Source: Candidatus Limnocylindria bacterium (lineage in GTDB: Bacteria > Chloroflexota > Limnocylindria > QHBO01). Taken from it: DNA of 38,183 nt. Shown piece by piece: positions 5,856-13,609 of this stretch; the first letter of the stretch is position 1, and the number at the start of each line of letters is the position of its first letter. The notes beneath the pieces are model-generated. The model searched no databases. It was not told where the DNA came from and saw only the letters and a list, made by a program, of their open reading frames with translations. Made by a program: the position numbers and the translations under genes. Where the stretch lies: contig DATCOX010000130.1 in NCBI GenBank assembly GCA_036564495.1, forward strand, positions 1 through 38,183, in the 5' to 3' direction.

Positions 5856-8732
5856 ATGGGGACGCGACTTGCGCTTCCGGGCGCCCTCGTCGGGACTGCG
5901 ATCGGCATTCTGGCCGCCGACGCAGATGCCCACACGGCGGCCGTCGCGCTGGCGGTCGCCGCACTCCTGCTCGTCCCGGCCATGGTCGTCGTGCGCCGAC
6001 CCGGTGGCGCGATTGCCTGCATCGCCCTGGCGGCGGGCCTGCTGCTCGGCGCCTGGCGGGGATCGGCGCTGGCGCTCCCGTCGGGTCCAGCCAGCGTCGC
6101 CGGCCTCATCGGTCGGGGGGAGGTCGAGCTGGCGGGCACCGTGGTGGACGACCCGCGACCACGAGGCACGACGCAGCAGCTCGTCCTCGAGGATGTCGTG
6201 GCTCGCCTGCACGGTCAACCGCGCCGGATGCATGGCCGCCTCCTCGCGACCCTGCCACGCGCCATCGCGGTGGCAGTTGGAAGCCGCGTCGTGCTGCGGG
6301 TCGAGGTCGAGGCGCCGGCGGCCTTCGACGGCTTCGACTACCCGGCCTTCCTGGCGCGCCAGGGGATCGGCGGGCTGGCACGCGCCCGCCAGGCACGGGT
6401 CCTCGAAGATCGGAGCCGAGCCGGACCGGCCGAGCTGGCCGCGGCGGCCCGCGGCTTGCTGCTCCGCGGCCTGAACGAGATGGTCCCCGAGCCGGAGGCG
6501 GCGCTCGGCGCGGGCATTCTGCTCGGCGTCCGAACCAGCATCGCGCCAGAGATCGCCGACGCCTTCGCCATCGCGGGGCTGACCCACGTGGTCGCGATCT
6601 CCGGCTGGAACATCGCGATCGTGGCGGCGATCGTCGGAGCGCTGCTGCGACCCCTCGAGGAGCGCCGCGGCGGCCACTGGATCGCGCCGTCGGCTGCGGC
6701 AGCCATCATCGCCGCGTACGTGGTGCTGACCGGCGCCTCGCCCTCCGTCGTTCGGGCCGCACTCATGGCCGGGGCGATGATGGTCGCCCGCTTCGGAGGT
6801 ACCCGCGCGCACGCCGCTTCGGCCCTGGGGCTCGCGGCGCTGGTCATGCTGATCGCCGCCCCGTCGGTGCTGTGGGATGTCGGCTTCCAGCTGTCGGCCC
6901 TGGCCACGGCGGGCCTGATCGCGTTTGGAGCTTCGATCGAGGGCCGCCTGGCAAGCTGGCCGTCGTGGCTGCGGGAGCCGGTGGCCCTGACCCTCGCGGC
7001 GCAGCTCGCCACCCTGCCGGTCGCAGTCACCAGCTTCGGTCGGCTCTCCCTGGTCGCGCCCCTCGCGAACATCGTGGTCGTCCCGCTGGTGCCGCTGGTC
7101 ATGCTGCTCTGCGCGATCGCGGCGCCCTTGGGCGCGATCACGGCGGCGTTGCGTGTGGAGATCCTGACCGACCTGGTGCGCTGGGCGAGCGGCGGTGCAG
7201 CCTGGCTGCTGTTGCGGGCGATGATCGTCGCCGGCCGGGCGGCCGCGGCGATCCCCTTCGCCGCCATCTCGGTCGCCGCGCCTGGCTGGCTCGCGCTGGC
7301 CTGGTACCCGTGCCTCGGGTTCGCGTGGCGCCGCGCTGCGCGGCGGCAGCGTCGCGAGCAGGCCGCCGGCGAGGCGATCCAGCCGCTGCGGCCGGCCCGC
7401 CGCACATCAGCCGCGCTCACGACGGCGCGTGGCAACGGGCAGCGCGCACTCGCGATCCTCGGGCGGCCCCTCATGGGCGTGGCGGCCTGCGTGACCCTCC
7501 TCATCGGCCTGACCCTCGCAACCCTGCCGGACGGCCGGCTGCACCTCGTCGCGCTGGACATCGGGCAGGGCGACGCGATCCTGGTCACGGCGCCTTCCGG
7601 CGCGCGGATGCTCATCGATGGCGGGCCCGACCCGGACCTGCTGCTGCGACGGCTCGGCGAGCGGATCCCGTGGTGGCAGCGCCGCATCGACGTGATGATC
7701 CTCACGCACCCACACGAGGACCACGTCGCCGGCCTCGTCGCGGCGCTGGAGCGCTACGACGTGGCGCTGATCCTCGACGGCGGTCGCACCTACCAGAACC
7801 CAACCTATCCCCGATTCCTGCAGCTGGCGAGAGACGAGCCGGGCGGCCGGCTCGCAGCAGCGCGGGCGGGCGATCGGCTCCGCCTCGATCGTGCGACGAC
7901 GATGACGCTCCTCTACCCAACCGACCAGGATGTCGCGGGCACGCTCCCCGACGGCGACATCAACAACGCGTCGGTGGTCGGCCTTCTGCGCAGCGGCGGC
8001 TTTAGCGCGCTGCTGACTGGGGATGCGGAGATGCCCGTCGAGGCGCTGCTAGGCGAGCGAGGGCTGCTGACGCGGGTCGACGTGCTGAAGGTCGGCCATC
8101 ACGGCTCCCACTCGAGCACCGGTCCGGCGCTCCTCACTGCCACGCGCCCCGGGGCGGCGCTCATCTCGGTCGGGATCGGCAACGACTACGGGCACCCGCA
8201 CCAGGTCACCCTCGACCATCTGCACGCCCTCCCTGGGCTGCGTCTGCATCGGACCGATCTCGAGGGCAGCCTCGAGGTGATCAGCGATGGACGCCGATAC
8301 CAGGTGACCAGCCGCGCCGGCAGCGACCCGTGGCGGCCGGTGGTCGGGCAACCGATCACGGCCGAACGACCGACGGGTAGCATCGGTGCATGGCCATCCC
8401 GACCGGCGCCAAGGCCGAGCAGCTGCTTGCCTCCTACGGGCTTCCCGCTGGGATCGTCACGCATGCGCGTGGCGTCAGTCGGGTCGCCGCCGAGGCGGCG
8501 CGCCTGCTGGCGGCGGCCGGGGCAGCGGTCGATCCGCAGCTCGTCACGGTCGCCGCCCTGCTCCACGACGTCGACAAGCTCGCCACGCGCGACCACGGGC
8601 AGCAGCACGGGCTGGTTGGCGCGCGGTGGATGGCCGAGCGCGGCTTCCCCGAGCTGGCTGAGCCGATCGCCTCGCATCCGATCGGGTGCCTCCTCGACCC
8701 TGCGCGCTCCCCGCGCGGATGGGACTCGGTAG
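5856..8732 (+). CDS. comEC: DNA internalization competence protein ComEC/Rec2 (polytopic competence domain plus metallo-beta-lactamase domain)
   Basis: Many TM segments, then MBL motifs (LDIGQGDAILV, LTHPHEDHVAG, KVGHHGS, GHPH). Recognisable ComEC similarity ends near aa 825 (about nt 8330, ...LEVISDGRRYQVTS). The frame nevertheless stays open to 8732, so the functional 3' end is uncertain. Confidence 0.88.
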   Translation: MGTRLALPGALVGTAIGILAADADAHTAAVALAVAALLLVPAMVVVRRPGGAIACIALAAGLLLGAWRGSALALPSGPASVAGLIGRGEVELAGTVVDDPRPRGTTQQLVLEDVVARLHGQPRRMHGRLLATLPRAIAVAVGSRVVLRVEVEAPAAFDGFDYPAFLARQGIGGLARARQARVLEDRSRAGPAELAAAARGLLLRGLNEMVPEPEAALGAGILLGVRTSIAPEIADAFAIAGLTHVVAISGWNIAIVAAIVGALLRPLEERRGGHWIAPSAAAAIIAAYVVLTGASPSVVRAALMAGAMMVARFGGTRAHAASALGLAALVMLIAAPSVLWDVGFQLSALATAGLIAFGASIEGRLASWPSWLREPVALTLAAQLATLPVAVTSFGRLSLVAPLANIVVVPLVPLVMLLCAIAAPLGAITAALRVEILTDLVRWASGGAAWLLLRAMIVAGRAAAAIPFAAISVAAPGWLALAWYPCLGFAWRRAARRQRREQAAGEAIQPLRPARRTSAALTTARGNGQRALAILGRPLMGVAACVTLLIGLTLATLPDGRLHLVALDIGQGDAILVTAPSGARMLIDGGPDPDLLLRRLGERIPWWQRRIDVMILTHPHEDHVAGLVAALERYDVALILDGGRTYQNPTYPRFLQLARDEPGGRLAAARAGDRLRLDRATTMTLLYPTDQDVAGTLPDGDINNASVVGLLRSGGFSALLTGDAEMPVEALLGERGLLTRVDVLKVGHHGSHSSTGPALLTATRPGAALISVGIGNDYGHPHQVTLDHLHALPGLRLHRTDLEGSLEVISDGRRYQVTSRAGSDPWRPVVGQPITAERPTGSIGAWPSRPAPRPSSCLPPTGFPLGSSRMRVASVGSPPRRRACWRRPGQRSIRSSSRSPPCSTTSTSSPRATTGSSTGWLARGGWPSAASPSWLSRSPRIRSGASSTLRAPRADGTR
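8378..8383 (+). promoter_or_regulatory. Candidate -10 element (TAGCAT) for a leaderless HD-holA transcript
   Basis: TAGCAT is followed by exactly 6 nt (CGGTGC) and then ATG 8390. There is no Shine-Dalgarno site. The same geometry recurs at several operon-first genes in this window. Confidence 0.4.
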
Positions 8733-8953
8733 CGGTGGCGGTCGCGGACCGCCACGTCGCCCAGGGGTACCTGTCGATCGACGGCCGGATCGATGACCTC
8801 GTGCAGCGCTATCCCGGATTTCGCAATGAGCTGGAGGCGGCGCGCGCGCCGGCGCGCGCCATGCAAGCCGATCTGGCCGCCGCGGCGGGGCTGACGTTCG
8901 AGGAGCTCGAGGCCAGGCTGCGGGCAGCGTGGGCCGAGGGCGGCGCCGCGTGA
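8390..8953 (+). CDS. HD-domain phosphohydrolase (possibly YqeK-like)
   Basis: 187 aa. His...HD...His...Asp pattern is present (THARGVSRVA, ALLHDVDK, HGLVGARWM, VAVADRH). The N-terminus (AEQLLASYGLPAGIVTHA) is typical of small HD proteins. The stop overlaps the holA start (GTGA 8950-8953). Confidence 0.8.
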   Translation: MAIPTGAKAEQLLASYGLPAGIVTHARGVSRVAAEAARLLAAAGAAVDPQLVTVAALLHDVDKLATRDHGQQHGLVGARWMAERGFPELAEPIASHPIGCLLDPARSPRGWDSVAVAVADRHVAQGYLSIDGRIDDLVQRYPGFRNELEAARAPARAMQADLAAAAGLTFEELEARLRAAWAEGGAA

Positions 8954-9984
8954 GCGTCGCGCTCCTCCTCGTCCACGGTGATGACGACTTCGGGATCGGC
9001 GAGTCGCTGACCGCCTTTGCGGAGCGAATCCAGGTCGCGGAGCGGACCGAGATCACGCCGGAGCGCAGCCCGGATGAGGCAGCGATCGACCGGGCGCGGC
9101 TCGAGTCGGCGACGGTCGGCATGTTCGGCGCGCACCTCGTCGTGCTGCACCAGCCGATCATCGCTGCCGGACGGTCAAACGCGGCCACGGACAAGCTGCT
9201 GGCGCTGGTTTCCGACTTGCCCGACGGTGCGGCGCTGGCGCTCGCCGAGCTGCGCCCGTCGCGGGACAGCGGCAAGCCGCCAGCGCTACTGCAGCGGATC
9301 GCCCAGGCCGTCACGGACCGGGACGGGACGGTGGAGGAGCGTGAGACGCCGCGCCGCAACCAGCTCCAGGGCTGGATCCGCGCGCATGCCGATGCCGTCG
9401 GGGTGCGCATCGAGCCGCGGGCCGCCGCGCTGCTCGCCGAGCGGGTCGGCGGGGCGGTGTGGGAATCGGATATCGAGCGAGGGCAGCAGACCCGCGTCGC
9501 TGATGGGGAGCTGCGCAAGCTGGCGACCTACGCCGGCGACCGGGCGATCGGCGTCGAGGACGTCGAGGCGCTGGTGACCGACACTCGCCCCTCCAGCCTG
9601 TTCGCGATCACGAACGCCATCGACCGTCGCGAGCCGGCCGCCGCAGCAGCGGCGATCGAGCGGGCGATCGGCGAGGGGCAGCCGGTGCTCCGCATCCTGG
9701 CGGCGCTCGAGGGCCGGATCGCGGACCTGATCGTGGCGCGCGACCTGGGCGCCAATGGCGCACCGCCCCAGGAGCTGACGAAGCGGGTCGGGCGCGGTAA
9801 TGCCCGCATGGCCGAGCGGATCGCCGAGTCGGCGCGTCGCTACTCTGGCGCCGAGCTGGAGGCGATGCTGCGCGGGCTGTTCGAGGCGGACCTGTCGATC
9901 AAGGCCAACGAGATGGCCGAGGAGCCCGCGCTGGTGGCGTGGCTGGGCGAGTACCTGCTCGCCACGCGTCCGACGCGCGGCTGA
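8950..9984 (+). CDS. holA: DNA polymerase III delta subunit
   Basis: About 344 aa. The N-terminus (LLLVHGDDDFGIGESL) and overall helical layout fit HolA. The position directly after comEC is the classical arrangement. GTG 8950 is preferred over track start 8929. Confidence 0.8.
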   Translation: MSVALLLVHGDDDFGIGESLTAFAERIQVAERTEITPERSPDEAAIDRARLESATVGMFGAHLVVLHQPIIAAGRSNAATDKLLALVSDLPDGAALALAELRPSRDSGKPPALLQRIAQAVTDRDGTVEERETPRRNQLQGWIRAHADAVGVRIEPRAAALLAERVGGAVWESDIERGQQTRVADGELRKLATYAGDRAIGVEDVEALVTDTRPSSLFAITNAIDRREPAAAAAAIERAIGEGQPVLRILAALEGRIADLIVARDLGANGAPPQELTKRVGRGNARMAERIAESARRYSGAELEAMLRGLFEADLSIKANEMAEEPALVAWLGEYLLATRPTRG

Positions 9985-9993
9985 GCGATCGGG

Positions 9994-10302
9994 CTAGGCG
10001 GCGCCCGCGCGCAGGACCCGGTCGCTCTGGATGGCGAAGGTGCACTGCGCCTCGGCCAGGCCAAGGATCCCGATCAGCTGGCGGTCGACGTACAGCTGGC
10101 GGCACGGCACGCACAGGGCGCCGGGGATGGCGAAGAACAATCGCTCCTCGGCGGCGGTGTCGCGGAACGAGGTGTCGAAGACGCTCGTCAGCAGGCCGCC
10201 ACCGCAGAAGCGGCAGGACTCGGCCGACGGTTCGTCGCTGGTATACGCGATCGCGTGCTCGTCCATGGGCCGGAGCATGGAATCGGGCCCCGATCGGCTC
10301 AA
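9994..10302 (-). CDS. Small zinc-ribbon protein (CxxC...CxxC), function unknown
   Basis: Track ORF of 102 aa (TTG 10302; in-frame ATGs at 10278 and 10266). It has two Cys pairs, CRFCGGG and CVPCRQ, about 37 residues apart. It is the last gene of the minus-strand obg-nadD-rsfS run. The start codon is uncertain. Confidence 0.45.
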   Translation of the reverse strand: MSRSGPDSMLRPMDEHAIAYTSDEPSAESCRFCGGGLLTSVFDTSFRDTAAEERLFFAIPGALCVPCRQLYVDRQLIGILGLAEAQCTFAIQSDRVLRAGAA

Positions 10303-10352
10303 TAGGAGGTCCGGCGTGGCCGGACTGGTACCCGGCTAGTACCCGCGGGCGG

Positions 10353-10727
10353 TCAGACCAGGCGCACGACCTGCGCCGCGTGGCTCCACAGGCGCTCGAG
10401 GCCGTAGAACTCGCGCTCCTCGGGGGCGAAAAGGTGGACGATCACCGCGCCGTAGTCGAGGAGGACCCAGCGGGCCGCACCCTTCCCCTCGATGCCGAGC
10501 GGGCGGATCCCGTCGTCGCGCAGCTCGTCCATGATCCCGCTGGCAAGCGCCTGGAGCTGCCGGTCGCTGCGACCGGTGCAGATGACGAAGTAGTCGGCCA
10601 TGGTCGTGACCTCGGTCGTCCGCAGCAGCACGATGTCGACCGCCTTCTTGTCGGAGGCGAGGTCCACGATCCGATGGGCGAGGTCGCCGGGATCGATGGC
10701 CGTCAGCCCGTCTGCGCGCTCCTCTAT
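10353..10727 (-). CDS. rsfS: Ribosome silencing factor RsfS (Iojap family)
   Basis: The conserved core (AHRIVDLASDKKAVDIVLL, ADYFVICTGRSDRQLQA, WVLLDYGAVIVHLFAPEEREFYGLERLW) is clear. There is no ATG, GTG or TTG between the conserved N-terminus and GTG 10955. An ATA at 10727..10725 lies 5 nt after AAGGAGGAG. The 5' end given here is that ATA. The track ORF extends to 10991. Confidence 0.8.
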   Translation of the reverse strand: MEERADGLTAIDPGDLAHRIVDLASDKKAVDIVLLRTTEVTTMADYFVICTGRSDRQLQALASGIMDELRDDGIRPLGIEGKGAARWVLLDYGAVIVHLFAPEEREFYGLERLWSHAAQVVRLV

Positions 10728-11395
10728 GGTCTCCTCCTTCGATACAGGCCGCGGGCCGCGATCAGCTCCTCGACGGCCCGCGGCACAAGGTAGCGGATGG
10801 GACGACCCGCCGCCACCCGCGCGCGGATCTCCGAGCTGCTCAGATCGAGCGACGGGCCGCCGAGCAGATGGATGCGCGACGCACGCGGGCCGAACCGCTG
10901 GCGCAGGGAATCGCGATCGGGCATCGAGCTCCCGGGTCGTGGGCCGACCGCCCACTCCGCGAGCTCGAGCAGCCGGTCCGGATCGCGCCACGTCCCGATC
11001 TCGGCGAACGAGTCGGCCGCCATGATCAGCACGAGCCCCACCCCGTCGCCGAGGTGAGCGCGGAGCTGCGCCAGCGAGTCGACCGTGTATGAGGGTCCCG
11101 GGCGCTCCATCTCCACCAGCGACAGGTCGAGCGTCGGATCACCGCTGATCGCGAGGCGGGTCATCATCACCCGGTCCGCGGCGTTGCTGATCGCCCTGGC
11201 GCCCTTGTGAGGCGGGCGCGCGGCGGGCATGAGCAGGACATGGTCGAGGCCGAGGCTGTCGGCCGCCAACGTCGCGAGCCACAGGTGGCCGATGTGCGGC
11301 GGGTCGAAGGTGCCGCCCAGGATCCCGACCCGGCGGGCTTTCGGCCGCGCTGCGCGCCGTGGAGCGGCCTCGGCCCGCACCGCTGCGCCGCTCAT
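10724..11395 (-). CDS. nadD: Nicotinate-nucleotide adenylyltransferase
   Basis: GILGGTFDPPHIGH nucleotidyltransferase motif and C-terminal SSSEIR motif. ATG 11395 overlaps the obg stop (ATGA 11392-11395). Track start 11410 is an alternative. Confidence 0.93.
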   Translation of the reverse strand: MSGAAVRAEAAPRRAARPKARRVGILGGTFDPPHIGHLWLATLAADSLGLDHVLLMPAARPPHKGARAISNAADRVMMTRLAISGDPTLDLSLVEMERPGPSYTVDSLAQLRAHLGDGVGLVLIMAADSFAEIGTWRDPDRLLELAEWAVGPRPGSSMPDRDSLRQRFGPRASRIHLLGGPSLDLSSSEIRARVAAGRPIRYLVPRAVEELIAARGLYRRRRP

Positions 11396-12690
11396 TCCTC
11401 GTCCCCCCATTCGAGCTCCACCGAGCCGATGCGCACCATCGTGCCGCCGCGAGCCCCCAGCCGCCTGAGCTCAGCGTCGATTCCGAGGCGTTCCAGCGTG
11501 CGCTGGAAGCGGTCTCGCGACTCCTCGTTCGCGAAGTCGGTGCGTGCGGCGGTCGTCTCGATTCGTCGCCCGCGCACGCGCAGCCCGTCGGCCTCGGCGA
11601 TCACCTGCCAGCCGGCGTCGAGCGGGTCGAACCGGTGCACGCGTACGGCGACCGGCGTGGGCTCCGCCTCCGAGCGGAGCTGCGCCTCGTCGAGCGCGGC
11701 GGCCAGCGCCCCTCGAAGCTCGCGCAGGCCGGTGCCCGAATGGGCCGAGACCGCGATCGGCTCGGCGCCGGCGGCGCGCAGGGAGCGCCGGATCGAAGGC
11801 CAGGCGGCGCGGGCCTCGGGGAGGTCCTGCTTGGTTACGACCATCGGCATCGGCCGTCGCATGAGCGATGCATCGTGCTGGCGCAGCTCGGCCTCGACGG
11901 CCTGCCATTCCGCCACCGGATCGTCGGCCGCCCCGTCGACCACCGCCACCAGGACCCGCGTGCGCTCGGCGTGGCGCAGGAAGGCATGCCCCAGGCCGCG
12001 CCCCTCGGATGCCCCCTCGATCAGGCCCGGCAGGTCGGCAATGACCGGCCGCCGCTCGTCGTCGAGCTCGATCACGCCCAGGTTCGGCTGGGTCGTGGTG
12101 AATGGGTAATCGCCGACCTCGGGTGTCGCCGCGGTCAATGCGCCCAGGAGCGTCGACTTGCCGGCGTTCGGGGCTCCCACCAGGCCGATGTCGGCGATCA
12201 GCTTCAGCTCGAGCTCGATCCAGCGCGACTCGCCCGGGTCCCCCTTTTGCGCGTGCTTCGGCACCTGGTGGGTGGAGCTCACGAAATGGACGTTGCCCCG
12301 GCCGCCACGGCCGCCGCGCGCGACGACCAAGCGCTCGCCGGGCGCCAGCAGCTCGCCGAGGAGCTCGCCGCCCGGATCGAGGGCATCGGGGTTGGGCGCG
12401 AGCCGCGCCACCGTGCCGGGCGGGACCGGCAGCAGGACGTCCGCCGCCGTCTTGCCATGCGCCTTGCGCCCGGCGCCCGCGCCGCCGGGCCTGGCCCTGT
12501 GATGGGGGTGATGGCGCAGGTCGCCGAGGGTGGTCATGCCGGCGTCGACCAACAGGACGACCGATCCACCTGAGCCCCCGTCCCCGCCATCGGGCCCGCC
12601 GCGAGGAACATGCGCTTCGCGTCGAAAGGAGGTGGACCCGTCGCCGCCGGCGCCGCCAGCGACGAAGATCCGGACCTGGTCAGCGAACAT
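11392..12690 (-). CDS. obg: GTPase Obg/CgtA
   Basis: The Gly-rich Obg fold begins at MFADQVRIFVAGGAGGDGSTSFRRE. The G domain has GAPNAGKST and DLPGLIEGA. A C-terminal OCT-type domain is present. ATG 12690 is the real start; the track ORF extension to 12900 overlaps the M23 gene. Confidence 0.95.
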   Translation of the reverse strand: MFADQVRIFVAGGAGGDGSTSFRREAHVPRGGPDGGDGGSGGSVVLLVDAGMTTLGDLRHHPHHRARPGGAGAGRKAHGKTAADVLLPVPPGTVARLAPNPDALDPGGELLGELLAPGERLVVARGGRGGRGNVHFVSSTHQVPKHAQKGDPGESRWIELELKLIADIGLVGAPNAGKSTLLGALTAATPEVGDYPFTTTQPNLGVIELDDERRPVIADLPGLIEGASEGRGLGHAFLRHAERTRVLVAVVDGAADDPVAEWQAVEAELRQHDASLMRRPMPMVVTKQDLPEARAAWPSIRRSLRAAGAEPIAVSAHSGTGLRELRGALAAALDEAQLRSEAEPTPVAVRVHRFDPLDAGWQVIAEADGLRVRGRRIETTAARTDFANEESRDRFQRTLERLGIDAELRRLGARGGTMVRIGSVELEWGDEE

Positions 12691-12699
12691 CGGGGACCG

Positions 12700-12708
12700 A
12701 TGATAGCA
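12700..12708 (-). promoter_or_regulatory. Candidate extended -10 (TGCTATCAT) for a leaderless or near-leaderless obg transcript
   Basis: The minus strand reads TGCTATCATCG-GTCCCCG-ATG(12690). There is no SD. The layout is identical upstream of DUF2203 (23912..23892). Confidence 0.4.
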
Positions 12709-12761
12709 ACGGGGCCGCCGCAGCCCGGACGGGGCCGCGGAGGAAGACGGGGACGGCCAGG

Positions 12762-13508
12762 CTAGAGGTAGCGCAGGGGGTTGACGAGGACCCCGTCGAC
12801 GATCACCTCGAAGTGGACGTGGGGCCCCGTGCAGTCGCCGGTGCAGCCCACGGCCGCGATTCCCTGGCCGGCGGCAACCGTCGCGCCGACCTTGACCCAC
12901 AGGGCACTGAGGTGGTTATAGACGGTCACGATCCCGTTGCCGTGGTCGATCGAGATGACGTACCCGCCACCGTTGGTCTTCCAGCCGGACCAGGTGACGG
13001 TGCCGGCGGCGGATGCGATCACCTTGCTGCCGGCGGGCGCCGCGATATCGAGCGCCTTGTGGTAGGAGCTGTAGTACTGCGTGATCACGCCGCCGGGGAC
13101 CGGCCAGAGGAGCTGTCCGGTGCCGACGATCGGGGCGGGCTTGACGTAAACCGGCTTCGGCGCTGCGGGAGGAGGCGGCGGTGCGACCGGGGTTGGCAGG
13201 GGCGTCGCCTCCGGAACTTCGGCACGCGCACCGCGGTCCGGCATCGGGTCCGGGCTCTCGGGCTGCGGCAGGAGCTCGTAGCGGACTGCCTGCTGCTCGA
13301 CTGCCGCTGCATCGGCCCCCTGTGCCACCGCGACGAGGCCGAACGGGAAGGTGTGCTGGCTGCCGGCGGTCGTTGAGCCTTCCGCGGTGAAGCGAACTCC
13401 GACCGCGACGGTCACCGCCAGCAGGGCAAGCACCACGAGGTGCGAGACCGCTCGGGCGGTGGGTCGCTCATCGGTCGCGCGGCGCGAAGGGCGTCGCTGA
13501 TCGGGCAA
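12762..13508 (-). CDS. M23 (LytM-type) metallopeptidase, membrane anchored
   Basis: HxxxD (YHKALDIAA) and HxH (GPHVHFEV) motifs, an N-terminal TM and a Pro-rich linker. TTG 13508 lies 8 nt after GGGAG. Confidence 0.9.
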   Translation of the reverse strand: MPDQRRPSRRATDERPTARAVSHLVVLALLAVTVAVGVRFTAEGSTTAGSQHTFPFGLVAVAQGADAAAVEQQAVRYELLPQPESPDPMPDRGARAEVPEATPLPTPVAPPPPPAAPKPVYVKPAPIVGTGQLLWPVPGGVITQYYSSYHKALDIAAPAGSKVIASAAGTVTWSGWKTNGGGYVISIDHGNGIVTVYNHLSALWVKVGATVAAGQGIAAVGCTGDCTGPHVHFEVIVDGVLVNPLRYL

Positions 13509-13609
13509 TACAAAGGCTCCCGCGGTTGTCTACCTGGTGTCTGTGTGCCCGACCTCGCTCTTCCCCTGCCGGTCCGGGCGACGACGCCGGCCGAGAGTCG
13601 TGCGCGGGG

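Noticed and set aside
10304-10339. A perfect AGGAGG (10304-10309) on the plus strand, followed 6 nt later by GTG and a 7-codon ORF.
   Set aside because: The ORF is too short, it lies between convergent operons, and it has no supporting context. It is probably chance.
11392-12900. N-terminal extensions of track ORFs: obg to 12900, pyrG to 20120, psuK to 23791, MoaD-MoaE to 27948, M20 to 30037, KAS copy 1 to 32920, NUDIX to 36567, methyltransferase 2 to 1098, repeat protein to 22137, UbiA to 18531.
   Set aside because: In each case the conserved protein begins at an internal ATG or GTG that abuts or overlaps the upstream gene's stop. The extension overlaps a well-supported neighbouring gene and has off-frame composition.
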